DNA of 64,000 bases from Dehalococcoidia bacterium. Lineage in GTDB: Bacteria > Chloroflexota > Dehalococcoidia > Plut-88900. This document shows positions 9,774 through 20,310 of the stretch, piece by piece. How positions within the stretch are numbered: the first letter of the stretch is position 1; every line of letters starts with the position of its first letter. Position numbers and translations under genes: made by a program. The stretch covers positions 1,312,001 through 1,376,000 of the forward strand of contig OZ240219.1 of NCBI GenBank assembly GCA_965197645.1. Reading direction: 5' to 3'. Under the pieces are notes generated by a model. It did no database searches. It saw only the letters and a program-made list of their open reading frames with translations, and was not told where the DNA came from.

Positions 9774-11159
9774 ATGGACGATATCATCTACACGTCCGCT
9801 ACGAGGCTTGTCCAGGCCATCGCCGATAAAGAGGTCTCGTCGGCCGAGGTCATCGATGCTCACCTGGAGAGGATCGAAGTGGTAAACCCCAAGCTGAACG
9901 CCGTCGTCCAGCTGGCGGAGGAGAGGGCCCGGTCCGAAGCTCAAGAGGCCGACGCTGCCCTTGCTAAGGGTGAGAGCAAGGGCGCTCTCCATGGCCTGCC
10001 CATAACTATCAAGGACTCTCTGGATACCGAGGGGATAGTAACCACAGGCGGCACCATGGGCCGCAAAGGTTCGGTGCCGGACAGCGACTCAACGGTGGTG
10101 GCCCGGTTGCGGGCAGCCGGCGCCATAGTGTTAGGCAAGACCAACACCCCCGAGCTGACCATGGCCTACGAGACCGATAATCTAGTCTACGGCGTAACCC
10201 GCAATCCCTACGATCTTACACGGACCCCGGGCGGAAGCAGTGGTGGCGCCGGGGCCATCATCGCATCCGGGGGCTCGCCCCTGGACATGGGCAGCGATAC
10301 CGGCGGCAGCATCAGGCAGCCTTCCCATTTCAGCGGCATAGCCGGCATCAAGCCGACATCGGGCCGGGTTCCTCGAACCGGTCATGCCGTGCCCTACGCC
10401 TTGGGTGCCCAGGACTCTCTGACCCAGATCGGCCCTATGGCCCGTTACGTCGACGACCTGGTACTTGCCCTACCGATAATCTCCGGCGTGGACTGGCGAG
10501 ACCCGGCCATCGTCCCCATGCCCCTCGGCGATCCCAACGACGTCGATCTAGGCGCCCTGCGAATCGCCATGCATACCGACAACGGCATCTGTACCCCCGA
10601 TGAGGACGTGATGCAGGTGGTGAGAGACGCCGTGGCTGCTCTGAACGGGGTCGTTTCGGTGATCGACGAGAGGAGACCGGAGGCGCTGGCGAAATACTCG
10701 GAGATGACCGATCTGGACAAGGACGGCAACGCCTGGCTGACCCGGCTGCTGGCCAGGTCCGGCACCACGGAAATCCACCCCTGGATCAGCCACTGGATCG
10801 AATCAACCGAGACCTGGACGGCTGATAGATACTCGGCCGCCCTCGAGGAACGAGACGAGTTTCGCAGCGAAATGCTCACCTTCATGGAGGACTACGACGC
10901 CATCCTGTGTCCGCCGGCGGCAAAGCCGGCCATTCCCCTCGGCACCTGGATCGACGACGAGAACGAGCACCTTTTCACCTACACGGCCGTGTACAACGTC
11001 ACCGGTTGGCCTGGGACCGTAGTCAGGGGAGGCACCTCGGCGGAAGGTCTGCCCATCGGGGTGCAGGTGGTGACGAGGCCGTGGCGGGAGGACGTGTCGC
11101 TAGCCCTGGCCCAACGCCTGGAGGCCGAGCTAGGCGGGTTCCAGCCGCCCTCCATCTAG
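9774..11159 (+). CDS. Amidase signature family enzyme
   Basis: GLPITIKD, GKTNTPE, PGGSSGG and GSDTGGSIRQP (Ser-cisSer-Lys triad). Confidence 0.95.
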   Translation: MDDIIYTSATRLVQAIADKEVSSAEVIDAHLERIEVVNPKLNAVVQLAEERARSEAQEADAALAKGESKGALHGLPITIKDSLDTEGIVTTGGTMGRKGSVPDSDSTVVARLRAAGAIVLGKTNTPELTMAYETDNLVYGVTRNPYDLTRTPGGSSGGAGAIIASGGSPLDMGSDTGGSIRQPSHFSGIAGIKPTSGRVPRTGHAVPYALGAQDSLTQIGPMARYVDDLVLALPIISGVDWRDPAIVPMPLGDPNDVDLGALRIAMHTDNGICTPDEDVMQVVRDAVAALNGVVSVIDERRPEALAKYSEMTDLDKDGNAWLTRLLARSGTTEIHPWISHWIESTETWTADRYSAALEERDEFRSEMLTFMEDYDAILCPPAAKPAIPLGTWIDDENEHLFTYTAVYNVTGWPGTVVRGGTSAEGLPIGVQVVTRPWREDVSLALAQRLEAELGGFQPPSI

Positions 11160-11169
11160 CTGCACGAAC

Positions 11170-11405
11170 ATCCCCAGATTGCTTCGCTTCCACCGCCCTC
11201 CTTCAGGCCTTCCATCGCTCGCGACGACGGCAACAGTAAGCTTGAGTCCGTGCCCTCGTCATTGCGAGACCCGATGAAGTCGGGGCGTGGCAATCTAGCT
11301 AGGCTTGGCCGTTGGCTGGCAAGGACGTGTACCCCGCTGCCCCAGATTGCTTCGCTCCCTTCGACCTCCTTCAGGACCAGCTCCCCCGTCGCTCGCAACG
11401 ACGGC
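11170..11405. repeat. REP-like palindrome cluster (two direct copies plus one inverted copy)
   Basis: CCAGATTGCTTCGCT...TCGCTCGC(G/A)ACGACGG at about 11174 and 11342, with an inverted GTCATTGCGAG...GCAATCT unit at about 11258-11298. Confidence 0.6.
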
Positions 11406-11461
11406 TCTCGATCCGCAGGAAAGGGCTAGGGGGATGTTCGGAAGGCTATTCCAGCACCCCG

Positions 11462-12316
11462 TCAGTCCAGCTCGGCCAGGGCAATTCCGTGCTCACCCGC
11501 GACTGAGTACAGCAAGTAGGTGGACTCGCCCTCCCGGTAGATGGCTGGATCGCGTAGCTGGCGCACCCGCTTCATAATGGCCCCCCGTACGGACGGCGCC
11601 GGCGGCAGGTCCGCTCCCTCGTATTCCGTCTCCGGCTCCAGTACCACCTCGGGATCCGACTCCCTCCATTCGCTCCAGTCGGGGGTCAGGTCGATGGTCG
11701 CGTAGAGGATCCGCTCGGGGCTTTCGCCAACGTTGGTGTAGAAGACCTCCAGCTTGCCGTTCCTTACCCTTACCGCAGAGTGGCGCATATCGGGGCTGAA
11801 TAGGGTCGTTCCCTCCTCGAACCCGGTCAACCCGTTCTTGGACCGGTAGAAGATGCCCGGCATAGCCAGCGCGTAGTGATATCCGTTCCACTGGAAGACG
11901 CGAAAGTACGCCTCGCCGAGGCTGTCGGGCAGCGCATCGAACTTGATGCCGTCCTGGGATACGGCTACCTTCGACCGCTGTACCTCTTCACCTACCCAAC
12001 CATGGTAGTACATACGCACCTCCCGGTTGGTCTCGTCCACGTGCACGTCCGGCGATGCGATGTGGTTGTAGCAGTGGGAGTGCTCCAGGCCGAGTGTTCC
12101 GGGTTCGTACACCTTCCAGGGGCCTTCCAACCGGTCGGAGTAGGCCAAGCGTATGTAGCTACCCACGTGATGGGCGAAATATAGGTAGTACTTGCCCAAC
12201 GGCCTCTCCAGCCAGGACGGCGCCTGGACCAATGAGGGGCCGTTTACATTGTCGCCCTGGTCTCTTCCGGCATAGGGCCCGATGATCGGGTTGCCTGCAA
12301 ATCTATGGATTCTCAT
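11462..12316 (-). CDS. Glycoside hydrolase-like beta-propeller protein (GH43/GH32/GH130-like fold)
   Basis: NPII, NGPS, YYLYFAHH, IASPDV and LRDPAIY blade motifs. Confidence 0.65.
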   Translation of the reverse strand: MRIHRFAGNPIIGPYAGRDQGDNVNGPSLVQAPSWLERPLGKYYLYFAHHVGSYIRLAYSDRLEGPWKVYEPGTLGLEHSHCYNHIASPDVHVDETNREVRMYYHGWVGEEVQRSKVAVSQDGIKFDALPDSLGEAYFRVFQWNGYHYALAMPGIFYRSKNGLTGFEEGTTLFSPDMRHSAVRVRNGKLEVFYTNVGESPERILYATIDLTPDWSEWRESDPEVVLEPETEYEGADLPPAPSVRGAIMKRVRQLRDPAIYREGESTYLLYSVAGEHGIALAELD

Positions 12317-12337
12317 CGTGGGTGAACTTCCTGGCTT

Positions 12338-13573
12338 CTAAGCGGGCGCCCGCCTGGCAACGGTTCTTCTCGGAAGGAGAATGCCCGCTACGGTAATCAG
12401 CATGGCGGACAAGCTGGTGACGATCAAGGCCAGCCTCTGATCGTCGGTTGTCTGATGTATTGCGCCGGCCAGCAGCGGCCCGACGAAGGAGCCGGCCCAT
12501 ATCATAGTGGTCATGAAGGTTAAGGTTACAGCAATCTCCCTGGGTTTTATGCCGGGCAACTCGAAAGGAATGGTGAACACTATGGGGATGAAGGCTGAGC
12601 CCAGGCCATTCAGAAGGGAGAGGAGTACCAGGGTCGAGAAGGAGGCGGTGAATAGCATCGCCACACCGCTCACCGTAGCGGCCACTCCGGCCACCATCAG
12701 CACCTCCTTCTTCCGGCCCGTCTTCGATGCAACAACTCCGATGCCGATCCCTCCCATCGACGAGACGAATCCGCTGATGGCCAGCATAATCGACGTCGTG
12801 CCGACGGAGACGTCATGAAAGTCCAGCATGAAGCTGGGCCAGAATACGGCGAATGCCGAGAAACCGATCCCTGCTCCCATCATGCCCAGACCGCCGATGG
12901 CGAGGTCCTTGTACTTGAAGAGGGTGGCCATGGGATTGGCCACCTGGGAGCGAACGTCGGCTTCGTACTCTGGGGTTATGCGCTCCCGACCCAGCAGCTG
13001 CCACAGGACGGCAAAAACCAGGCACGTAATGGAGAAAACCACGTAGGTACCGCGCCAGCTGCCGTCCATCAGATTCAGGATGACCGGCGTGATGAGGAAC
13101 CCAACCGCCGTTAGTCCCCAGACGGCGCTCCCCAAGCCGTTGACTATCACTATCTCGTGTACGGGCACCCACTGCCGGATGAGAAGAGCACGGGCCGGCT
13201 CCCGCGCCACCGATACCAGGCTGTAGAGGAATCGGCCCAACAGCAGAAGGGCGAAGGTCGGGGACCAACCCTGGAACAGCGCAAATCCCGCCACAGCGAA
13301 AAGACTGAAGGAGGTGACCAGCTTCGGGCGGAAACCGGATAGCAGCCAGCTCAGAGGCATGGCTATCACGAAGTTGGCTATGCGAGGTATGGAACCCAAC
13401 AGTCCCTCTTCGAAGGGGGAAAGCCCCAGGTCATCCCGGATGCTGGGGAGGAGCAGCCCGATGCTCTCCAGGACGGAGTAGCCCCAAACGTGCCCCACCA
13501 TCCAGAGAGGAAGGATCACCCATCGATACGAGGAAGGGCCCGCTGCTTCGATGTTAGCTTGGGTGGTGGACAT
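12338..13573 (-). CDS. MFS transporter
   Basis: About 12 hydrophobic segments; LLLGRFL and GPLLAG motifs; start placed at MSTTQ. Confidence 0.85.
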   Translation of the reverse strand: MSTTQANIEAAGPSSYRWVILPLWMVGHVWGYSVLESIGLLLPSIRDDLGLSPFEEGLLGSIPRIANFVIAMPLSWLLSGFRPKLVTSFSLFAVAGFALFQGWSPTFALLLLGRFLYSLVSVAREPARALLIRQWVPVHEIVIVNGLGSAVWGLTAVGFLITPVILNLMDGSWRGTYVVFSITCLVFAVLWQLLGRERITPEYEADVRSQVANPMATLFKYKDLAIGGLGMMGAGIGFSAFAVFWPSFMLDFHDVSVGTTSIMLAISGFVSSMGGIGIGVVASKTGRKKEVLMVAGVAATVSGVAMLFTASFSTLVLLSLLNGLGSAFIPIVFTIPFELPGIKPREIAVTLTFMTTMIWAGSFVGPLLAGAIHQTTDDQRLALIVTSLSAMLITVAGILLPRRTVARRAPA

Positions 13574-13799
13574 GCACAGGCCATCATACTTGACCGTGCC
13601 CAGTAAACAAGGCTGCCCGCCGGTGAATCGCCGAAGGAGGAGCGCTTCATAGCAGCAACCCTCTGTTAAGGGCCAAGCAGGCACGGCTTCGTTGCCAGTG
13701 GCTTGATATCTACGAAATCAGGCTGTACCGGATAACGTGCTATGATGCCCCCCGTTCGAGGCAGGACGCTCGATCTGATTACTACTTACGGAGGCACAC

Positions 13800-14579
13800 T
13801 TGAGACTGAAAGACAAAGTGGCGGTGATTACGGGCGCGACTGCAGGTATGGGAAGGGCTTCGGCTGTGCTCTTCGCTCGCGAGGGCGCCAAGGTGGTGAT
13901 GACGGGTCGAAGGAAGAGCCTGGGTGAGGAGATAGCCGGAGGCATCAGGGAAGAGGGGGGTGATGTGCTCTTCGTCCAGGCTGACGCCTCCCGTGCCGAG
14001 GAAGTTCAGAAGGTGGTCGAGGCAACTGTACAGACCTATGGCAGGCTCGATGTACTGTTCAACAATGCGGGTATCAATGGCGATACCGTAGGCGGCCCGG
14101 ACCAGGAGTCCGAGGATGTATGGGAATCGGTTATAAACGTTAACCTGAAGGGGGTCTACCTGGGCATCAAGTACGCGGTGCCTGAGATGCGAAAGGTGGG
14201 AGGAGGCTCGATCATCAACAACTCGTCGGTGAACGACATCCAGGGGGATTTCTCGTCAAGCTCTTCGTATCACGCCTCCAAGGGCGGAGTCACGGCCCTC
14301 ACCAAGAAGGCCGCGGTCGTGTACGCCTCCGACAACATCAGGGTGAATGCGGTGAATCCCGGCCCCATCGCCACTGAGATGTCCGATGTGCCCTGGGACA
14401 AGCTGGAGGACCCTGCGGTGATCGAGATGCGAAAGAAGAAACAACCTTTGCCCCGCATGGGCCACCCGATGGACGTGGCTTACGCCGCTCTATACTTCGC
14501 CTCGGACGAATCGGCCTTCGTTACCGGGGCGACCCTTCTGATTGATGGTGGGCAGAGCGCAGCATATCGCGATGCGTGA
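13800..14579 (+). CDS. SDR family oxidoreductase
   Basis: TGATAGMG, NNAG, YHASK and DGG motifs; GGAGG RBS with a TTG start. Confidence 0.93.
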   Translation: MRLKDKVAVITGATAGMGRASAVLFAREGAKVVMTGRRKSLGEEIAGGIREEGGDVLFVQADASRAEEVQKVVEATVQTYGRLDVLFNNAGINGDTVGGPDQESEDVWESVINVNLKGVYLGIKYAVPEMRKVGGGSIINNSSVNDIQGDFSSSSSYHASKGGVTALTKKAAVVYASDNIRVNAVNPGPIATEMSDVPWDKLEDPAVIEMRKKKQPLPRMGHPMDVAYAALYFASDESAFVTGATLLIDGGQSAAYRDA

Positions 14580-14650
14580 TGCGGGGTTTCGACATCTTAG
14601 ACCGAGGACAGCGCCCGTCAGCTGGCCAACGCCCGGCCGTACGATCGTCA

Positions 14651-14659
14651 TGTTATAAT
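14651..14659 (+). promoter_or_regulatory. Extended -10 promoter of tRNA-Asn
   Basis: TGTTATAAT (TGnTATAAT) ending 8 nt before the tRNA. Confidence 0.65.
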
Positions 14660-14667
14660 TTCAACGG

Positions 14668-14742
14668 TCCCCGATAGCTCAATGGTAGAGCGAGCGGCTG
14701 TTAACCGCTAGGTTTCAGGTTCGAGTCCTGATCGGGGAGCCA
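14668..14742 (+). tRNA. trnN: tRNA-Asn (anticodon GTT)
   Basis: TCCCCGA/TCGGGGA acceptor stem, TAGCTCAATGGTAGAGC D arm, GCGGCTGTTAACCGC anticodon arm, GGTTCGAGTCC T arm, encoded CCA. Confidence 0.97.
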
Positions 14743-14974
14743 ACCCCCCTGACAGACAGTACTTCGGTCGTCTTGGTTGATCCGCTGCCGACGTCTGGCT
14801 GGTCTCTCACCACCCGACCGGTTTTCTGATGATTCCGACTTCGTCGGTCAGAATAGCGGGAAACAGGCTCCGCCTCAAGTGGCTCTTCCAGAGGTGCTTG
14901 ACGTATGTCGGGGCGTCAGCCAGCGAGACCCACACATATCCGTCCAATTGCGAGTGTTCTTGTAGTGGGAAGGT

Positions 14975-15319
14975 CTACAGGCGGTCTAGCAAGTACGTGA
15001 TGGGGTCTTTGCCTTCTATGCGAGTTGGCCTCTTGAATCCATCCTCAATTTCAACTACCACAAACGAGCCTGTGGGTTCCTTACTGAATTCCCCGATGAG
15101 ATCACCCGCCAGCCACAACGCTCCGGAATATGCGCTACCAAACCTGAGTACCGCCACAGGCTCTGGGCTGGATTCAAGGTAAATGTTGATCCGGCCAGAC
15201 ATGGCCAATAGATCGGCGATACGGTCTTTGCCTATCTTGACTGCAAATTTCTTACCCACTTCTTCGCCAGCAGCCCTGGACAAGACCTCTATTGTAGGCG
15301 GTGCAGTTAGCGGTGCCAC
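14975..15319 (-). CDS. Hypothetical protein (114 aa), downstream partner of the HAD gene
   Basis: AAGGAGG RBS before GTG; co-oriented 39 nt after the HAD gene. Confidence 0.65.
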   Translation of the reverse strand: MAPLTAPPTIEVLSRAAGEEVGKKFAVKIGKDRIADLLAMSGRINIYLESSPEPVAVLRFGSAYSGALWLAGDLIGEFSKEPTGSFVVVEIEDGFKRPTRIEGKDPITYLLDRL

Positions 15320-15358
15320 GTCCTTGCCTCCTTAAGTTGGCTAAACGGTGTTCGGTCG

Positions 15359-16225
15359 CTAGTGGCTGGGCATTGGCCCTGACGAACTCATCTGGTTTCG
15401 GATTATCTTTGCCCTGTTAAGGATGACTTGTTTCAAGTGGACATACCCATATCCGCCCTCTGAGAAATCTGGTGGAACCGTTGCGTTGACCCTGCGCCCA
15501 TATCCTAGCGCCCACGCTTTGTAAGGCTTGTCCTTTCCAAGGATGCCCATGACGTACCCTCCCATTGCGGTGACGAGCGACATGCATGGAATGTCAGTTG
15601 GGCCGTCACCGATGTAGACCATGTTCTCAAAGGGGACAGGGCGATCCTCACGATCAATGGGTTCGTTAACGACATACTGTCGATTGAGGTACTCTTCACC
15701 GACCTTCCCCTTGTTTACCATATAGAGGAACCGGGTCTTGTCAGTGAACGAGATAACGTTCTTCACGTGGGTGAGTATGCCTTCGGAGTCGTATGCAAAG
15801 TCGCAAGCCCAAATCCGATGAGCGACTTTGGCCAAGGCAGTAGCTCGCAACATGTCACCGATCCCAGCGGAGATAACATAAAACTCGATTCGGAGGCCTA
15901 CATCTCTGAATTCAGAGGTTCCTTGAATTTCGTCACGAAGGGCAATCAGTCCTTCCGGTACTCCTGGGTAGAACTTCAATACAGCGGCGATTTCACGGAA
16001 TTTTTCAGTGGTCAGTCCTTCCAGCGGTCCACCTTCCCTCGAAAACTCAATTACCTTCTGCATGTAGGCCAAGTGCTCGTCCCACCCCTTCTTCACGAGG
16101 GGTTCGATCTCAAGCGGCCAGAATTCTTCAGGCTTTACATCGAAGTAAGTTAGGAGTTGGTCAGTAGTGTCTGGAGCGAGGGTGCCGTCACAATCAGCGA
16201 TAACAGCAATGGTGTTGTGTGCCAC
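15359..16225 (-). CDS. Haloacid dehalogenase-like hydrolase
   Basis: Motif I DCDGTL, motif II ISAG, motif III K, motif IV YIGDGPTD. Confidence 0.88.
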   Translation of the reverse strand: MAHNTIAVIADCDGTLAPDTTDQLLTYFDVKPEEFWPLEIEPLVKKGWDEHLAYMQKVIEFSREGGPLEGLTTEKFREIAAVLKFYPGVPEGLIALRDEIQGTSEFRDVGLRIEFYVISAGIGDMLRATALAKVAHRIWACDFAYDSEGILTHVKNVISFTDKTRFLYMVNKGKVGEEYLNRQYVVNEPIDREDRPVPFENMVYIGDGPTDIPCMSLVTAMGGYVMGILGKDKPYKAWALGYGRRVNATVPPDFSEGGYGYVHLKQVILNRAKIIRNQMSSSGPMPSH

Positions 16226-16515
16226 GTTGCACCAGATACCCTGACTAGCGGAATTGCACGAAAGTATGCATCATGAGATGTGTATCATGCAAGGGGCTGA
16301 ACTCGCCCGGCACATCTGGGCGATGAAGGAAAGACCAAGTCTAGGTGACACCATTGAAGATATTCTTCTGGGGTACGGCCGTCCAGAGAGTAGTAGAGTT
16401 GGAAAGAGTCGCATGTACACTGCCAATTCAGTAAGGCTTGATCGAGATTTCCGCTCTCTACGTCAGGGACTTCGAAATGAAAGCATTCCTCGGCGCGGCC
16501 CAGCGGACCCTGCCC

Positions 16516-17691
16516 TTACCATCTTTTCGATTCTTCGGCGTACACGTGGTCGGGCAGGGTGTAGCGGATTCCTTCCTCGTCGAACAACGAAGTATCGAGC
16601 AGGGACGTGAACCTGGTGAAGTTGCTGTTCTGGCGACGGCCCGGAAGCAGCTTGCCCAGGATGTGGCCATAACGCTGCTGCAACCTGAACCACCCGACAA
16701 CTCCAAAGGAGGAGAGCGGCGGATACATCAGCGATTCGGCAGCTTCTTTTCCGATAAGCTTGCGGGATATGCGGTATACATACTTAGCTAAGCGGCGGCG
16801 GTCGGCTGGCTCAGCCATCCCGGCAATCAAGGGCGCTGAGTTGACCAGGGAATGGGCCATCACTACCGATTCCATTGGGGACTCAGGCTCACACATGTGG
16901 CCGATATCATACAGTTTCAGGGCTTCTTCAGCATCGTGGAACAGGATGGTCTCAGGAATGCCCATCAGGTGACCGCTGTAGCGCCAAACAGCCATGAAGC
17001 TAGCGTACTCTTCATCGTTGTAACTCGCCCCCAGGGTTTTCATGTGTTTCAGCAGTCTTGCCGAAAAAGCGGAAATGGCATAGCCCAAATGTGCCGCGCT
17101 AATCGGCACACCCCAAGCTTCGGTATCCCAGTCCTCCGAGCTGTTCAGGAGGTGCCTCAGCCGTGCGTGAACTAACCTGATACGTACCGAAAGCTTCCAG
17201 CCGTCTCCCTGCCTGTACAGGCCGCCGGGAATGAATATCTCCATCATGTGGCGGTTGTTCTGCCCCAAGCGCCTGACGCCCTGGTCACGCACCCGCCCGG
17301 TGATGAAGAATGACTTCGCTATATTCGTCGTAAAGCCTTCTATCAGCACGCCGGTGACGAATGCCGCTAGGATAACCTGGGAGTTTCTGTGAAACATGCG
17401 GACAGCCGGGGCAAATGCTGAATAGTCGAGCCATTCCGGTGGAGTTTCCGCCTCTTCGAAGAGTTTTCGCAGCGAGGCCGGCGCATCACGTAGGGCCTCC
17501 TCACCTTCGTCATTCATAGCTGCTTGGATGAGTCGCCTTGACTCTTCCGAGCTAAACTCCGCCATGTCCGTCGCCATCTCTTCGGCGAGCGGGTCTCCGA
17601 TGTGGGCGTGCGCGATGTATTTGTCGGCGATGTCGGGCGCAACGGCATGTGCCTTTTCATGGCCGGTGGTGTAGTCAGTCGGTATATTCAT
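16516..17691 (-). CDS. Oxygenase MpaB/Lcp (DUF2236) family heme protein
   Basis: GDPLA, PEWLD, RIRLVHARLR, WGVPIS and WRYSGHLMG motifs. Confidence 0.8.
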   Translation of the reverse strand: MNIPTDYTTGHEKAHAVAPDIADKYIAHAHIGDPLAEEMATDMAEFSSEESRRLIQAAMNDEGEEALRDAPASLRKLFEEAETPPEWLDYSAFAPAVRMFHRNSQVILAAFVTGVLIEGFTTNIAKSFFITGRVRDQGVRRLGQNNRHMMEIFIPGGLYRQGDGWKLSVRIRLVHARLRHLLNSSEDWDTEAWGVPISAAHLGYAISAFSARLLKHMKTLGASYNDEEYASFMAVWRYSGHLMGIPETILFHDAEEALKLYDIGHMCEPESPMESVVMAHSLVNSAPLIAGMAEPADRRRLAKYVYRISRKLIGKEAAESLMYPPLSSFGVVGWFRLQQRYGHILGKLLPGRRQNSNFTRFTSLLDTSLFDEEGIRYTLPDHVYAEESKRW

Positions 17692-17741
17692 CGGATCTCA
17701 TACCCCCCGTATCAGCTTTGATCTCGGACGACATGACTTCT

Positions 17742-19985
17742 TTATTCTTTTGCTTCTACTCGCAGGTCCGGCAGCCAGTTCAGCCAGGAGGGCAGGTACC
17801 AGTTCCGTCTCCCCAGCACCTCCATGCTGGCCGGCACGAGGACCGACCGCACCAAGGTAGCGTCCAGGAAGACTGCCACGGCCAACCCAAACCCGACCTG
17901 CTGATTGATAATGGTCTTGCCTGATGCGAATGCGCCGAATACGGCGACCATTATAAGGGCGGCGCCAGTGATCAACCCCGCTGTGGAGCGGAGACCGTAG
18001 GCTACCGCCTCGGCGTTGTCCCCGGTCTGGTCATAGCGCTCGCGGATGCGGCTCAGGAGGAATACGTGGTAGTCCATGGATAGTCCGAAGAGGATGGAGA
18101 AGAGGAACAAGGGAATCCAGACGTCGATGACCTCTGCGTGCTGGAACCCAAGAAGATCGGCTCCTCCCTTCTGGAAGACCAGGACCATGAGACCGTAGGC
18201 GGTGCCTACGGAGAGAAGGTTCATGATGACGGCCTTGATCGGGATGACTATCGAGCGGAAGACGAGCATGAGAAGGAGGAAGCTGAAGCCTAGGACGAAG
18301 GCGAAGACGATGGGGGTATACCCCTGCACGATGGAGTATACATCCGTGGCTTCGGCGCTCACGCCGCCGACGAAGACCTCGGCGTCGACCCCGTCGAAAG
18401 CGGCGGGAACGTACTGGTTGCGGATGGTCTCGACGACGTTTACGGCGGCCTCGGTACGGGGTTCGCCTGAGATTAACACCTCAATCAAGGCGAGGTTGCC
18501 GGAAGTGTTTTCTTGTACGAGGGTATGTTCACCTGCAGAGTTCATGGCAGGCTTGAACTGCAGGCCCTCGTGCGCTGCCAGGGATTCCTGAAGCTTGCCT
18601 ATGGCTTGCTGGACCTGGGGACTATCGATATCCCCATCGATGACGATCTCGGTGGGATTAACTAGGCCAAAGGAGAAGTGCTCTTCCATCACGAAGAAGG
18701 CCGTGCGGGTCTGGGTGCCTTCAGGGAAGGCGTCGACGCCGTTGAGGCCGGTATTGATCTGGAAGTAGAAGACGGTGGCAGCGACCATAGGCACGGCGAC
18801 GACGACGAAGCTGATGACCGGAGACCGGGTGACGATGCGGGTTACAAGCTCCCAGAACCCCCGACCGGAGGACTCCGAGGAACCGGTCCGCGCCTTGCCG
18901 AAGAAGGGGATAGGAAAGTGGTTGATTCTCGGGCCGAGGATCGCCAGGTTGGCGGGCAGCAGGGTGAGGGTTGCCGCCAGCGCGACCAGTACGACGAGGA
19001 TAGCTCCGAGAGCGAGGGACTGGAAGAAGGAGAAGGGGACGATGAGTATCCCACAGAGAGCGATGACGACCGTGAGGCCGCTGAACAGCACCGTGCGGCC
19101 CGCTGTGGCGCCGGCGCGCTCTATGGCCGCGTTGGTGTCCAGTCCGCGGGTCAGCTCGTCCCGGTAACGGGAGATGATGACCAGGGAGTAATCGATACCC
19201 ACGGCCAAGCCGATCATGATGATCATGAGGCTGACGAAGAAGATCAGCTGAAAGGCCTGACCAATGAGCGCCGCAATGCCCAATGCAACTATGATGGCGG
19301 TAATGGACAGCCCTACGGGCATAAAGGCAGCCGAGATGGTGCCGAACAGGACTACGAGGATGACGAGAGCTACGGGGAGGCCGATGCGTTCTCCCCGCCT
19401 CAGGTCGTTTTCCGCCAGCTCGTTGTTGTCGTGGGCGGTGCTGGCGTCCCCAACCATGAGTACGCTGAAGCCTTCCTTCCCGTTCGCTTCCTCGATCACG
19501 TGAAGGACATCCGGGACGTTGTCCACGGCGTCTTCGAAGGAGCCGGCCATGATCACCGGCATAATCGTGGTCATGCGGCCCTTGGGGGATACGAGGGATG
19601 GGTCGCCGGTCTGGTAGTAATTGGGGAGGAGGGTTACGATATCGGGGCCGAGGGAGGCGATTTCGGCCTGGACTGCTTCCGCTTTTGCCCGGAACGCGGG
19701 ATCGTCCACAGTGAGAGAGTCGGATTGTATGATGACTATCTCGGTGACGGGCTTAGGGCCGCGGAGCCGTTCTTCGAGGAGACGTTCAGCGCGTTCGGAA
19801 CCGGCGTTGCTGCTTAGTTGAAACTCTGTGGTGGTGGCCCTGCCTAGGAAGTCCGTAAGGGGCGGCGGCCAAGGAGCGATTTCGGCGTCCACAGAGAATC
19901 CGCCCGCAACCAGTGCGATCACGCCCCAGATGGCGATGATAAAAAATGGCCTTCGTGCGCTGATACGGGCCAAGAATTGAGTCAA
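17742..19985 (-). CDS. MMPL family RND transporter
   Basis: GLAVGIDYSL, AGRTVLFSG, FGLSMDYHVFL and DATLVR motifs. Confidence 0.92.
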   Translation of the reverse strand: MTQFLARISARRPFFIIAIWGVIALVAGGFSVDAEIAPWPPPLTDFLGRATTTEFQLSSNAGSERAERLLEERLRGPKPVTEIVIIQSDSLTVDDPAFRAKAEAVQAEIASLGPDIVTLLPNYYQTGDPSLVSPKGRMTTIMPVIMAGSFEDAVDNVPDVLHVIEEANGKEGFSVLMVGDASTAHDNNELAENDLRRGERIGLPVALVILVVLFGTISAAFMPVGLSITAIIVALGIAALIGQAFQLIFFVSLMIIMIGLAVGIDYSLVIISRYRDELTRGLDTNAAIERAGATAGRTVLFSGLTVVIALCGILIVPFSFFQSLALGAILVVLVALAATLTLLPANLAILGPRINHFPIPFFGKARTGSSESSGRGFWELVTRIVTRSPVISFVVVAVPMVAATVFYFQINTGLNGVDAFPEGTQTRTAFFVMEEHFSFGLVNPTEIVIDGDIDSPQVQQAIGKLQESLAAHEGLQFKPAMNSAGEHTLVQENTSGNLALIEVLISGEPRTEAAVNVVETIRNQYVPAAFDGVDAEVFVGGVSAEATDVYSIVQGYTPIVFAFVLGFSFLLLMLVFRSIVIPIKAVIMNLLSVGTAYGLMVLVFQKGGADLLGFQHAEVIDVWIPLFLFSILFGLSMDYHVFLLSRIRERYDQTGDNAEAVAYGLRSTAGLITGAALIMVAVFGAFASGKTIINQQVGFGLAVAVFLDATLVRSVLVPASMEVLGRRNWYLPSWLNWLPDLRVEAKE

Positions 19986-20310
19986 AATCCTACTCTCTAA
20001 GCTCTTTATGAATCATGGGCAAGTATTGTGCGTTCACGAGCGGTAGCGGGGTTTAGACACCCTGGATGAATTGTTCCGGCGAGAACAGGCCAGCCGTCGA
20101 GATGATATCTCCAGAGTCGTCGTCGATAGCGGTTGTCGATTCTCACAACCTATGTTCAATCCGTGACGTTTGCCTCTCCCCGCGCCGCCAGGCCGCCTTT
20201 CTACGGCAGGTCATCGGTTTCCGGTAGCGTGACCGCGACCTCTCGGGAGCTTTGCTGACAGCCGGAACCTGGGTGATAAGGTTCTCGATTTGTCCGGCTG
20301 GTGGGCCTGA

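Noticed and set aside
14700-14742. Duplicate of the tRNA-Asn 3' end (att direct repeat) elsewhere in the window
   Set aside because: None spotted by eye and no tyrosine integrase is adjacent, so tRNA-targeted integration is unproven
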